Shown: one piece after another, positions 49,848-62,200 of the stretch | Layout of the letters: every line of letters begins with the position of its first letter | How positions within the stretch are numbered: the stretch's first letter is position 1 | The notes under the pieces: generated by a model | What the model saw: only the letters and a program-made list of their open reading frames with translations | Databases searched by the model: none | Told to the model about the DNA's origin: nothing | Assembly: GCA_964016885.1 (NCBI GenBank) | Contig: OZ024742.1 | Coordinates: 42,780,001-42,844,000 of the forward strand | Length of the DNA stretch: 64,000 nt | Source: Eledone cirrhosa | Taxonomy: Eukaryota | Reading direction: 5' to 3' | Program-made: the position numbers and the translations under genes

Positions 49848-50439
49848 CAACAATTTGATTTAGGGATTCAATATTAGTGTTTCTATATACACACACACAG
49901 ATATACACACACACATACATACATCATCACTGTTTAACGCCCATTTTCCATGCTTGAATGGGTTAGACGGATTGTCACATTATGAGACAAGTCAGGGCAA
50001 GTAACCATGTCTTATACAAAACTGTTTCTGGCTTGGTTTCTATGACTGGATGCCTTTCCTAATGCCAAACAGATTACAGTGTGAACTGGGCGTCTTTTAT
50101 CGTGGCACCAAAACGACTATCTGACAGGGTAAATTGGGTGGTTTTTGTTGTCATCAGCATGCCCACCTTACAGAGTAAATTGGGTGATTTTTTTTTTTTT
50201 GTCTCAAGCATGACCACCTTACAGGGTGGACTGGGTACTTTTTGTTGTGTCCCCAGCATCACCACCTTACAGATTTTTGTCCTGACAACAGGTCTGTGGG
50301 AAAACAGGTATGGAGCATATCCAACTTTCCATGCTTGTATGCATGGGTTGGACATGGTATATAGGCAGAGAAAGGAGAAGATTGGTGCAGTCAGGGGTCC
50401 TTTAGATGTTTGCTTCATCTTGTGTATGGTCATGCGGAA

Positions 50440-51105
50440 GCAAATCTTCTGTAGTACAGCATATCACCGGAGGTTCTTTGCTAGCCTACTTGAGATCCTG
50501 CTACATCTCTTATGTACCCATAGTTTGCATTTGGGATATAGGATGGAATTTCTACTCCCTCTTTTCCTGCACACTGAGCAAGGCCATTTCCCTGAATGGA
50601 TCAGGGCTCTGTTTTCTTTTCTACTTACCAAGACTTTAATATTTGCTAAGTAAACTTAAGACCTTTTGTTTTCAAGTTGTGCTTCCAGGTTTGGAATTTC
50701 TTCATAATCCTGCCATAGATTTGACTATGAGGGCTAGATCATCAGCATATAGGCATTGTATAGGTAGCCAGTTTTAAACTCTTCCCTTATAGCTGACAGG
50801 ATGATAATAAACTGGAGAGGGCTAAATACAGAGCCCTAGTGTATCTCTATTTACACACTAAACTCCTCACTATAATCATTGTACTGAGCTACAAGCCACT
50901 CATCTACCCATATTTTCATAAGAGCCTACTATATTATGGAATGGTGGACTCTGTCAAATGCTTTCTTCAGGTCAAGAAATGCCAAGTAGAAGGGCTTATT
51001 TTTATCTAGGTACTTCTGCAGTTGTCTCAAGGAATAGACCATCAGTGGTACTTTTACCTGGCGCAAATCTGAAATGCATCTCGTCTAAGTTAATTTGGTA
51101 TCTAA
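50440..51105 (-). mobile_element. Degraded RTE RT fragment, contiguous with the first satellite unit
   Basis: [53 protein letters not shown]. Confidence 0.85.
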
Positions 51106-54100
51106 ATAGCTGTGAGTTTCTGTGTTGGTGTGTTTGGTTTGGGATTGGGTTTTCACAGAAACAGCTTTTACTCTTTTTAGCATGCTTAGGCTTGTTTAGT
51201 GCAGCAGGCTTTCAAGTGTCTGGTTTTGCCACACTTGTGATACCGGAGCCTTTTCTGTCCTACGATAATTGAAATATCACCCTCTTCCAGGGTGATTCTG
51301 CTTGGAATGTTTTCTATTTTCTCTGGTTCCACTTGAACCAGGATTCCGAGAGATGTTCCTGAATAATTGTTCCTACTATTTCATATTACAGAAAGGAGGC
51401 TCTCTTCGACCTCCTTTAAAATACTGGACAGGATACACCAGATGTTCACATCTGACAGGATTCCTGTTATTTTTATCTTGTGTGATTATCTAAGTACTTC
51501 TGCAGTTGTCTCAAGGAATAGAGCATCAGTGGTATTTTTACCTGGCACAAATCTGAAATGCATCTCATCTAAGTTAATTTGGTTTCTAAACAGCTGTGAG
51601 TTTCTGTGTTGGTGTGTTCAGTTTGGGATTTGGTTTTCACAGAAACAGCTTTTTTTAAATTTAGTATGTTTAGTATATTTAGAACGTTTAGTATTGTTTA
51701 GTGCAGAAGGCTTTCAATTGTGTGTTTTTGTCACACTTGTGATACTGGGGCCTCTTCTGTCCTACTATAACTGAAATGTCATGCTCTTTGGGGGTGATTC
51801 TACTTGGAATTTTCTCTGTTTTCTCTGGATCTACTTAAACCAGGTTTCTAAGAGATGTTCCTGAATAATTGTTCCTACTATTTCATATTACAGAAAGGAG
51901 GCTCTCTTCGACCTCCTTTAAAATACTGGACAGGATCCACCAGATGTTCACATCTGGCAAGATTCCTGTTATTCTTATCTAGTGTGTTTATCTAAGTACT
52001 TCTGCAGTTGTCTAAGGAATAAGTGCATCAGTGGTACTTTTATCTGGCACAAATCTGAAATGCATCTCATCTAAGTTAATTTGGTATCTAAATAGCTGTG
52101 AGTTTCTGTGTTGGTGTGTTCGGTTTGGGATTGGGTTTTCACAGAAACAGCTTTTATTCTTTTTAGTTTGTTTAGTGCAGCAGGCTTTCAAGTGTCTGTT
52201 TTTGCCCCACTTGTGATACCGGGGCCTTTTCTGTCCTACTATAATTGAAATGTCACCCTCTTCCAGGGTGATTCTGCTTGGAATTTTCTCTATTTTCTCT
52301 GGTTCCACTTGAACCAGGATTCCGAGAAATGTTCCTGATTAATTGTTCCTACTATTTCATATTACAGAAAGGAGGCTCTCTTTGACCTCCTTTAAAATAC
52401 TGGACAGGATCCACCAGATGTTCACATCTGGTAGGATTCCTGTTATTTTTATCTTGTGTGTTTATCTAAGTACTTCTGCAGTTGCCTGAAGGAATAGCGC
52501 ATCAGAGATATTTTTACCTGGTACAAATCTGAAATGCATCTCATCTAAGTTAATTTAGTATCTAAACAGCTGTGAGTTTCTGTGTTTGTGTGGTTGGTTT
52601 GGGATTTGGTTTTCACAGAAACAGCTTTTTTTTTTTTTAGTATGTTTAGTATATTTAGAATGTTTAGTATTGTTTAGTGCAGAAGGCTTTCAATTGTGTG
52701 TTTTTGTCACACTTGTGATACTGGGGCCTCTTCTGTCCTACTATAACTGAAATGTCATGCTCTTTGGGGGTGATTCTGCTTGGAATTTTCTTTATTTTCT
52801 CTGGTTCCACTTAAACCAGGATTCCGAGAGATGTTCCTGAATACTTGTTCCTACTATTTCATATTACAGAAAGGAGGCTCTTTTCGTCCTCCTTTAAAAT
52901 ACTGGACAGGATCCACCAGATGTTCACATCTGGCAGGATTCCTGTTATTTTTATCTTGTGTGTTTATCTAAGTACTTCTGCAGTTGTCTGAAGGAATAGC
53001 GCATCAGAGATATTTTTACCTGGTACAAATCTGAAATGCATCTCATCTAAGTTAATTTGGTTTCTAAACAGCTGTGAGTTTCTGTGTTTGTGTGGTTGGT
53101 TTGGGATTTGGTTTTCACAGAAACAGCTTTTTTTTTTTTTAGTATGTTTAGTATATTTAGAATGTTTAGTATTGTTTAGTGCAGAAGGCTTTCAATTGTG
53201 TGTTTTTGTCACACTTGTGATACTGGGGCCTCTTCTGTCCTACTATAACTGAAATGTCATGCTCTTTGGGGGTGATTCTGCTTGGAATTTTCTTTATTTT
53301 CTCTGGTTCCACTTAAACCAGGATTCCGAGAGATGTTCCTGAATACTTGTTCCTACTATTTCATATTACAGAAAGGAGGCTCTTTTCGTCCTCCTTTAAA
53401 ATACTGGACAGGATCCACCAGATGTTCACATCTGGCAGGATTCCTGTTATTTTTATCTTGTGTGTTTATCTAAGTACTTCTGCAGTTGTCTGAAGGAATA
53501 GCGCATCAGAGATATTTTTACCTGGTACAAATCTGAAATGCATCTCATCTAAGTTAATTTGGTTTCTAAACAGCTGTGAGTTTCTGTGTTTGTGTGGTTG
53601 GTTTGGGATTTGGTTTTCACAGAAACAGCTTTTTTTTTTTTTAGTATGTTTAGTATATTTAGAATGTTTAGTATTGTTTAGTGCAGAAGGCTTTCAATTG
53701 TGTGTTTTTGTCACACTTGTGATACTGGGGCCTCTTCTGTCCTACTATAACTGAAATGTCATGCTCTTTGGGGGTGATTCTGCTTGGAATTTTCTTTATT
53801 TTCTCTGGTTCCACTTAAACCAGGATTCCGAGAGATGTTCCTGAATACTTGTTCCTACTATTTCATATTACAGAAAGGAGGCTCTTTTCGTCCTCCTTTA
53901 AAATACTGGACAGGATCCACCAGATGTTCACATCTGACAGGATTCCTGTTATTTTTATCTTGTGTGTTTATCTAAGTACTTCTGCAGTTGTCTAAGGAAT
54001 AGTGCATCAGTGGTACTTTTATCTGGCGCAAATCTGAAATGCATCTCATCCAAGTTAATTTGGTATCTAAATAGCTGTGACTTTCTGTGTTGGTGTGTTC

Positions 54101-55700
54101 GGTTTGGGATTGGGTTTTCACAGAAACAGATTTTACTCTTTTTAGTTTGTTTAGGCTTGTTTAGTGCAGCAGGCTTTCAAGTGTCTGTTTTTGCCCCACT
54201 TGTGATACCGGGGCCTTTTCTGTCCTACTATAATTGAAATGTCACCCTCTTCGAGGGTGATTCTACTTGGAATTTTCTCTATTTTCCCTGGTTGAACTTG
54301 AACCAGGATTCCGAGAGATGTTCCTGAATAGTTGTTCCTACTATTTCATATTACAGAAAGGAGGCTCTCTTCGACCTCCTTTAAAATACTGGACAGGATC
54401 CACCAAATGTTCACATCTGGTAGGATTCCTGTTATTTTTATCTTGTGTGATTATCTAAGTACTTCTGCAGTTGTCTCAAGGAATAGAGCATCAGAGATAT
54501 TTTTACCTAGTACAAATCTGAAATGCATCTCATCTAAGTTAATTTGGTATCTAAACAGCTGTGACTTTCTGTGTTTGTGTGTTTGGTTTGGGATTTGGTG
54601 TTCACAGAAACAGATTTTTTTTTTTTAGTATATTTAGAATGTTTAGTATTGTTTAGTGCAGAAGGCTTTCAATTGTTTGTTTTTGTCACACTTGTGATAC
54701 TGGGGCCTCTTCTGTCCTACTATAACTGAAATGTCATGCTCTTTGGGGGTGATTCTGCTTGGAATATTCTCTATTTTCTCTGGTTCCACATGAACCATGA
54801 TTCCGAGAAATTTTCCTGAATAGTTGTTCCTACTATTTCATATTACAGAATGGAGGCTCTCTTCGTCCTCCTTTAAAATACTAGACAGGATACACCAGAT
54901 GTTCACATCTGACAGGATTCCGGTTATTTTTATCTTGTGTGTTTATCTAAGTACTTCTGCAGTTGTTTAAGGAATAGAGCATCAGTGGTATTTTTACCTG
55001 GCACAAATCTGAAATGCATCTCATCCAAGTTAATTTGGTATCTAAACAGCTGTGAGTTTCTGTGTTTGTGTGTTTGGTTTGGGATTAAGTTTTTAGAGAA
55101 ACAGCTTTTACTCTTTTTAGCATGCTTAGGCTTGTTTAGTGCAGCAGGCTTTCAAGTGTCTGGTTTGCCACACTTGTGATACCGGAGCCTCTTCTGTCCT
55201 ACTATAATTGAAATATCACCCTCTTCCAGGGTGATTCTACTTGGAATTTTCTGTTTTCTCTGGTTCCACTTGAACCAGGATTCTGAGAGATGTTCCTGAA
55301 TAGTTGTTCCTACTGTTTCATATTACAGAAAGGAGGCTCTCTTCGTCTTCCTTTCAAATACTGGACAGGATCCACCAGATGTTCACATCTGGCAGGATTC
55401 CTGTTATTTTTATCTGGTGTGTTTATCTAAGTACTTCTGCAGTTGTCTAAGGAATAGAGCATCAGTGGTATTGTTACCTGGCACAAATCTGAAATGCATC
55501 TCATCTAAGTTAATTTAGTATCTAAATAGCTGTGACTTTCTGTGTTGGTGTGTTTGGTTTGGGATTTGGTTTTCACAGAAACAGCTTTTATTCTTTTTAG
55601 TTTGTTTAGAGCAGAAAGGAGGCTCTCTTCGTCCTCCTTTAAAATACTGGACAAGTTCCACCAGATTCACATCTGGCAGGATTCCTGTTATTTTTATCTT
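51006..55700. repeat. Macrosatellite of ~474-502-bp units (9 full + 1 deleted)
   Basis: Unit anchor CTA(A/G)GTACTTCTGCAG at 51006, 51490, 51992, 52466, 52968, 53470, 53972, 54455, 54947 and 55427. Confidence 0.96.
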
Positions 55701-56698
55701 GTGTATTCTTCCGATGTATGTAGGGACGAAGACATATTGTTCTGTTTTATGGGTACGACTGAGTGGTTCTGTGTGTGTGCCTCACATTTGTTCCCATATT
55801 GCTTTCCTCTTTATAAGTATTCCACATGTGGCATTGTCTTTTAGTGTGGTCTCTACCACATGTAGTGCAAGTATGACCATTTTTCCTTTTTATTGTATTG
55901 ACATGGTTCTGTATGTTAAGGTCTCGTGCTGAGTTGCAGCCCCCATCTGTTGTGGGATATTGATAATGGGTTTGTAGTGTGTGGGAGAGAAAACTTCATT
56001 GGTCTCAACATGTGATGCGCATGACTGCTGGGTAAAGAAGTGCCAAGAAATCCCAGTGGAAGGAAGACGCAGTAGAGGAAGACCTCGAAAATCATGGGCG
56101 GAGGTGGTGAGAGCTGACTTCAGATCACAGAAGCTCACAGAGGAAATGACAAAGCACCGTGACGAGTGGAGAGATTCTGAAAAGGACCTGTTCCACCCTT
56201 GCAAGCAGGGAAAAGCGGATGTAAATTGATGATGATGATGATAACTGCCTGAGATGAGAATTCTTTCTTATTGGAAATGTCCATGTCAAAATATTCAGGT
56301 TGCTTTGCCACAGTTGCCACAAAGGAATTCTTGACATGGATATTGCTATTGTTTTTGTTGTTATTTGTGTTGTTATTATTGTTGTAGTTGTTTTAATTAT
56401 CTGTATTATTGTTGTTGTTTTTGTTCATTGTATTGTTGTCGCTGTTTTCATTTTGTAATTTTGTAGTGTTTTTTTTTTTTGTCAGACCAGTTGTCATGTT
56501 AATGCCTGTCTTGCTGTGAACAGTGTTAACAATTGCAAGTGGTAGTGATAGTCTTCCGTCACTTCTTATAGATGGGGATGTTGGTTGATGTAGTAATGGC
56601 GGTCGTTCACCTCTTACAGATGGTGATAGTGGCAACGATGACAGCCTTCTCTCACTGCTTAAAAATGGCGGTGGTGAAAGCTTTTCTTCTTCTGACAT
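55700..56698 (-). mobile_element. Probable LINE ORF1 (gag-like) N-terminal remnant, continuing into the satellite unit
   Basis: ATG at 56698, low-complexity N-terminus, then ETLTYRT...YVFVPTYIGRIHKIKITGILPDV. Continues in the repeat unit to a degenerate CCHC knuckle. Interrupted by an RTE fragment at 56008-56242. Confidence 0.55.
56008..56242 (+). mobile_element. RTE 3' fragment
   Basis: WVKKCQEIPVEGRRSRGRPRKSWAEVVRAD; (GAT)n tail. Confidence 0.87.
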
Positions 56699-56849
56699 GT
56701 TTTTTTAAAATTTTTTATTTTTAAAATAGTTACTGAAATTTTAAAATATTTGGACACTTTTTCACTGTAAAGGGGTGAAAATATTCAAAGGCCAACTGAC
56801 TAAAAAGATAGTTGGTTTGCTTCTGAACAGTGCAATAAAAGTTTGAAAT

Positions 56850-57700
56850 AAGCTGTTAGAGTAGTTTCTTTAGCAGTTGCAGCTGTGAAATAGACACGCT
56901 GCCCATTTTTCAGATGAACAACTAACTATTTAGTCAGTGGATGACATAGATGTATTGGAAATCCAAATATTCACAAAAAATGCTTCATTATTGCTCTACC
57001 TTCATTATTGCTCTACCTTCATGATTTATCTACTTTGTTGATACATACCGACTTTATCTTGCACATCCTGTCTTTGTAGAATAAACATTGCAGCATCCGA
57101 TCCTTTGTTTACATATTTGCAGACATATTTGATAGATTTCACTGAGTTGTGAAATTTGACATTGATGAGCATTAAATATTTTGAGTAACAATGGGCAGTA
57201 TGGAACAATCCACCTATTGTCAATTTCAAATTGTCCAACTTTTGCTTGGAAAACTCAGTGTCCAGGTTTTCATCTTCTGTAGGATGGATAACCATCATCT
57301 CCAAGTTGAGTGTCTTTCAAAAAACTTCTTGGATATTTCTTTGTACATCTTGCATTCATGGTGAATTCTTGTTGAGAGCTCCACATGGTCCATGTACCTG
57401 AATATTCACTATTTCATACAATGCTGTGTCTTTTGATGCATCAGGTGGCTCTGCAGATATCATTTTGTCAATTTGGTCAGAGTAAATTTTTTCATGCAAC
57501 CAAATAAAAATGTGTATACATGAGGTAATCCATGTTTCTGCCATTCGATAGTAAACATTGGACATCTGAGTGGTCAAAAGTTATATGGTTTGTGGTGACA
57601 TCCATCATTTTTACCACTTTCGGTTTAAAGGTCCTAGCAGTGAGTTCGTGACATGTGTTTGGACCTGATAGCAAATCATTTTGATATTTCTGGATTTACT
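56850..57700 (-). mobile_element. Helitron Rep domain fragment (degraded)
   Basis: HIFIWL..(I)[10 protein letters not shown]...[12 protein letters not shown]; INV...SVKSIKYVCKYVNKGSD (rolling-circle tyrosine motif); further downstream HLKNGQRVYF. Confidence 0.88.
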
Positions 57701-57719
57701 TCTATGACCACATTATTTT

Positions 57720-58455
57720 GTGAGCAGGTATGATAGTGGTTTTTAGTGTGTGGACGAAGAGCAGCACTGATAAGCTATCACCCTGAAAGATGCCTTTCTG
57801 GTCTCAATTTACTCCTTCTCACCCCTAAGGATCAAATTGGTGTACCAGTTCTTGGTCAGCCATTCAACAGCAGCTACTAGTGGTTGTGGGACTTTGGCTA
57901 ACTGTAAAGCCTTAATAATCCTCCTATGAGGTACACCATCAAAAACCTTCTGATATTCCAGCCACACCACAGTCATCTTCCTGCAATTCTTTGCTGTTTT
58001 CTCTTGGAACATTTTACTTAGTAACAATCTATGCACCCCCATATCACTTTCTTTCCACCAGCTTGCTCAGGTGTTATAATGTTGTTGGTGGCACAATGAT
58101 CCTGCAAGAACAGATTAAGGCACCCAGTGTATAAGTTATACATGATGGTCTGTCAGATTATTGGGCAGTAATTTTTACCAAGGGTGGTTTGGCTATTTTG
58201 GGGGATGAGGGGAGTATTGGCAATTGATAACCATTGGGGCAGTTCTTGTGTGCCTTTGATGATTTCCCTATATAGCCATATGAGTTTTTGCCGATAGAAG
58301 GGGAAATTATTCAGCCAGTAACCTGTTATGAGGTCCGGGCCTGGTGATTTCCTATCAACATTTTCTGTAGAGCTCTTTTCCAGTATTGAACCATCTATTT
58401 CATATTGTTTTGGACCTGCTGGCAGTACTCCTGTTCCAGTTCTTTTAGCCATGTA
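57720..58455 (-). mobile_element. R4/Dong-like non-LTR retrotransposon, RT part (3' of the pogo insertion)
   Basis: KSPGPDLITGYW, PLIPQ...NYCPI, VWLEYQKVFDGVPH, GIFQGDSLSVLLFV. Confidence 0.8.
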
Positions 58456-58918
58456 CTGTATATACTCGCGTATAGGTCGCACTTTTTTAACGATAAATAA
58501 GTATAAATTTTTTGGGTGCAACCTATCCGATCGACATCAGACTGACCAATGATTTTTCATAGACTTAATCAACGATGGGTATTTATAAAAATAACTTTGT
58601 TAATATTTTTTATTATTTAACATAATAATTTCATATATCTACCTTCTTATACATATATTTCTTGATTTTAAATTTTTTACTAAAACTTTGTAGTGTTTAC
58701 GTTTTTTTCTATCTGACTGAACCATCCGTCATTAAAATCGATAGAAATGCATACCCGGTATTTAAAATGTGATTTCATTGTCTTAGCGTTGCTATGAACA
58801 CGTATTGTGACGTATTTACTTTAACAGGAAACAGATTATTGTATATGGTGTTTCTTTTCAAAATTAGCAAGTGAGAAAAGTTGATAGTTGAAATTTTTTT
58901 TATAATTCACTGAAAAAT

Positions 58919-60217
58919 ATGAATTCTGGTAAGAGAAAAAGTTATCAAACAGTTTTCAAGTTAAACGTGGTTGGTTATGCAAAAGAATTTGGAAATAGAT
59001 CAGCAGAAAGGGAGTTTGGAGTGTCAGAAAAGGTGGTGAGAGGTTGGAGGAAACAAAGACAAGCTGGGAGAAATGCCTAAATCAAAGAGAGCAGCAAGGT
59101 TTGGAGTATCACCATATCAAGATCTTGAAAAAGAGCTAAACGATTGGGTTTTAGATATCAGGGAAAATGGACACATTGTTACAAGACTTTCTATAAGAAT
59201 GAAAGCCCTTCAACTTGCACCAAAGTACCACTTATCCCAATTTAAATCGTCAGCAGGGTGGTGCACCAGGTTTATGAATAGGTTTGGACTGACTCTTCGC
59301 CAAAAGACACATATTGCACAAAAGATATTGATGACAAAGTACACAATTTTGTAAAATTTGTGTTAAAGGAAAGAAAAATGTTTGATTTTGCCATGGAGAA
59401 TATAGCCAACATGGATGAAACACCCATGTACTTTGACATGCCAGGCAACACAACTGTGGATAGTGTAGGTAACAAAACTGTTACAGTCAAAACCACAGGT
59501 CATGAAAAACAACATTTTACTGTTGTTCTAGCATGCCAGGCTGATGGAAAAAAACTTCGCCCTATGGTTATTTTCAAAAGGAAAATAATGCCGAAAGAGA
59601 ATTTTCCAAGCGATGTGATTGTGAAGGTACATCCGAAGGGCTGGATGGACAAGAACTTAACAAAGCTATGGCTTGATGAAGTGTGGATGAAAAGGCCAGG
59701 GGCATTACTGAAGCCACGAAGTTTGCTAGTTTGGGATATGTTTCGATCTCACTGCTGTGAGTCTGTAAAGGCTAAGCTGAAGGATTGTAAAACAAGACAA
59801 GCAGTGATTCCTAGTGGTTGCACCTCAGTCTTACAACCCCTTGATGTGGCAGTAAATAAACCCTTCAAGACTTATATCTGTAAACTCTGGACTTCTTGGA
59901 TGATATCAGGTGAAAAAGAAATTACCAAAGGTGGATCATTGAAAAGACCTGGCTTGAGATTAGTGGTGGAGTGGGTGAAGGAGGCTTGGGAAAGTATCCC
60001 TGAAGAGCTAATAATGAAGGCTTTCAAAAAATGTGGCTTATCAAATGCGATGGACGGGACTGAAGATGATGTGTTATATGAGGATTTAGTTGGTGAAAAG
60101 ACAGAAAATGCAGAGAGTGATGAGGGAGATGATATTGAAGAATGTGAAGATGAATTGAATGACTATTATAACGAATGCACAGTTACAGATGAAGAAATGA
60201 AAAAAACTATTAATTAA
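58919..60217 (+). pseudogene. pogo transposase with two frameshifts
   Basis: Brinker-type HTH (KRKSYQTVFKLNVV..AKEFGNRSAEREFGVSEK), CENP-B HTH (FKSSAGWCTRFMNRFGLTLRQKT), and DDE_1 triad NMDETP / LVWDMFRSH / QPLDV with 35 residues between the last two Asp. Confidence 0.92.
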
Positions 60218-60559
60218 CAGGTGTAAAAGTAATAACTTTATGGATAAATACAAAAATTTAAACTTTATCTGCCTTACCTGTTAGATTTGTTGCAAAAAAA
60301 TTCAATAATGACCTAGATGTTGACTTCCATCAATTCTAGCAGTTTTCCGAACAGATGGATTAATTAAAAATGCAGATATAATCAGTACAAGGTTTTAGTC
60401 TTTCTCTACATTCCAGGATAATATTTTCATTGAAAAAAATGTATAAAACCTTTTCACCAGTCAAAATAATATTTGTAATGTACTCTTACACAATGTACGG
60501 TGTAAATTTATGTAACAGAATGTTCTCAATATATAAGTTCATTAACAGGTGTGAACATG

Positions 60560-60960
60560 TATTGGTGTTGTAATTTTCAACCACGTTGCTGTAATATTTT
60601 CAATGGTGTCCGTCAGATCTTCGCTTTCACTTTCAAAGTAACTATCATCGTCAGAAATAAATACGTCCGATTCATTTGAAGATAAATCACTAATATTATC
60701 TTGTGTTTCTTTTTCATTTCGAATGTCATCGCATGTAAAACCTAGCTGTATTCGCTACTTTGGGAAGCCATGTTGATACGCAAAAAATCTGTTATACTTT
60801 CAACGTTAAAAAACATGTGTTATTTCAAGTTGTTTCACTATATTAAGAGTTAATTTTTGCACTTAAAGGCTTTATCTCGCAGTAATCTCGAATTGACGAG
60901 ATTTTGATGACGTTAATGTTTATTTTATAAATAAAACATGGTTTGGAGTATATATTGCAA
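60560..60960 (-). mobile_element. piggyBac-like fragment inside the pogo element
   Basis: 60780-60940 is homologous (reverse) to 25150-25280. It is followed by an ATG and an acidic Ser/Asp/Glu-rich stretch (SDLSSNESDVFISDDDSYFESESED) like piggyBac transposase N-termini. Confidence 0.55.
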
Positions 60961-61138
60961 GGACGAAGTAATGGAAAGCTAACAGATTATTAGTTTCAAT
61001 TATCATAAAAAATAGTAGTTTGACGGCCCAAATTTCAGTGCGACCTATCTGCGAGTCAATGGCAAATAGCCTATTTGTTAAATGAAAAGTGGGTATGTGA
61101 CCTATCTGCCGGGGCGACCTATACACGAGTATATACGG

Positions 61139-62200
61139 TAGTTTGTTGGTCAATTTCGTCATTTGTTTCCCATACAGATCTCCAGTAGCTCTCAACCTGT
61201 GCTTTTGTAGGGGTGCCATTTACAGAGATAGCTGCAATTGACTGATTTAGGATCTCTGGCAAATAATCTATTTAGCACTTGCTGTTTATGTGCTATTGAC
61301 TTATATTTTAGTCTTTCTGCTGCAGCTGTGAGTTGTTTCAGCTGGTGTAGTTTAGAGTTTTAAATCTCGTATCTCCAAATTGCCTCTCTAGTTTTTTCTT
61401 AAGTCTTTCTGATGTCGTGTGAAGTTGCTCTCTATGTTGCATTTTATAACTACAGCGATCTGTGAAATACTTTGTCCTAGGAAGTAAATTTTATTTTTTA
61501 AATTACACATCCATGCTGGTTCATGCTTTCTTTTTGTATCTTGGTTGCATGGTTTCAGGTGTTTATGATAGGCTAACAATGTGATAGTGAGACATATAAC
61601 AAAATGTTAATCATTTCATAGGTTGTTTCCACACCTTTGGACCATGTGGCCTTCAGATAATTGTCAGCTATTTCGTTCACTGCTTCCAATTCCAATTTAG
61701 TGGGTTTTCTTTTACAGATTTTATTGTTGTATGGTCTGTTACTCACATTAAGGTTGTGTATTTCTCGAAACAAATCATCCTATATCACTTGTAAGGTGTC
61801 CTGTTTATGGTGTTCTGTTTATACAGTAGAGGTATGGATTTCAGCTACATTGTTGGTGTGCTGTTCACTGCTTGATTTAGCTGACCATTCTCTCTGTCCA
61901 TCAGTGGAAGTGGGATGATTATCTTCAATGGCTGTCTTTATAGTGTCAGCCTGCTTTGAATCAGACAGTTCTGTTAGATGTATCAATTTACATCTAATGA
62001 TACATTTTGCCTGTTCATATAAATGTTTTGGGGAAAAGTCTAATTCTGGAGTTCCACAAATGTTTTAGCCCCTGCATAAAACCAAACTTTTGGGGGTCAG
62101 ATTGTTTATATGCTTCATATAAATCTTTGTTGAGATCGTAGCTCCATTGTATTCTATGGTTGTAGTTAAAATTTGGTCGAATGAGACATACGTTTAGGCA
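61139..62200 (-). mobile_element. R4/Dong-like retrotransposon, N-terminal part (5' of the pogo insertion)
   Basis: EPAWM..L..KI..L...ISQ; reading frame is restored across the pogo TA (EIDQQTTWLKELEQEY). Confidence 0.7.

Larger units (their letters stand above)
58456..61138 (+). mobile_element. pogo-superfamily DD35D (Passer/POGK-like) DNA transposon
   Basis: TA TSD; TIRs C(T/C)GTATATACTCG(C/T)GTATAGGTCGC at both ends; contains the transposase. Confidence 0.93.

Noticed and set aside
51302-55179. Repeated 61-135-aa Cys/Phe-rich plus-strand ORFs as a tandem peptide gene family
   Set aside because: They are antisense by-products of the retroelement-derived satellite unit, often with non-ATG starts and variable frames.
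59360-60217. Domesticated POGK-like host gene
   Set aside because: Two frameshifts separate the domains, and intact TIRs plus a TA TSD show it is a transposon copy.
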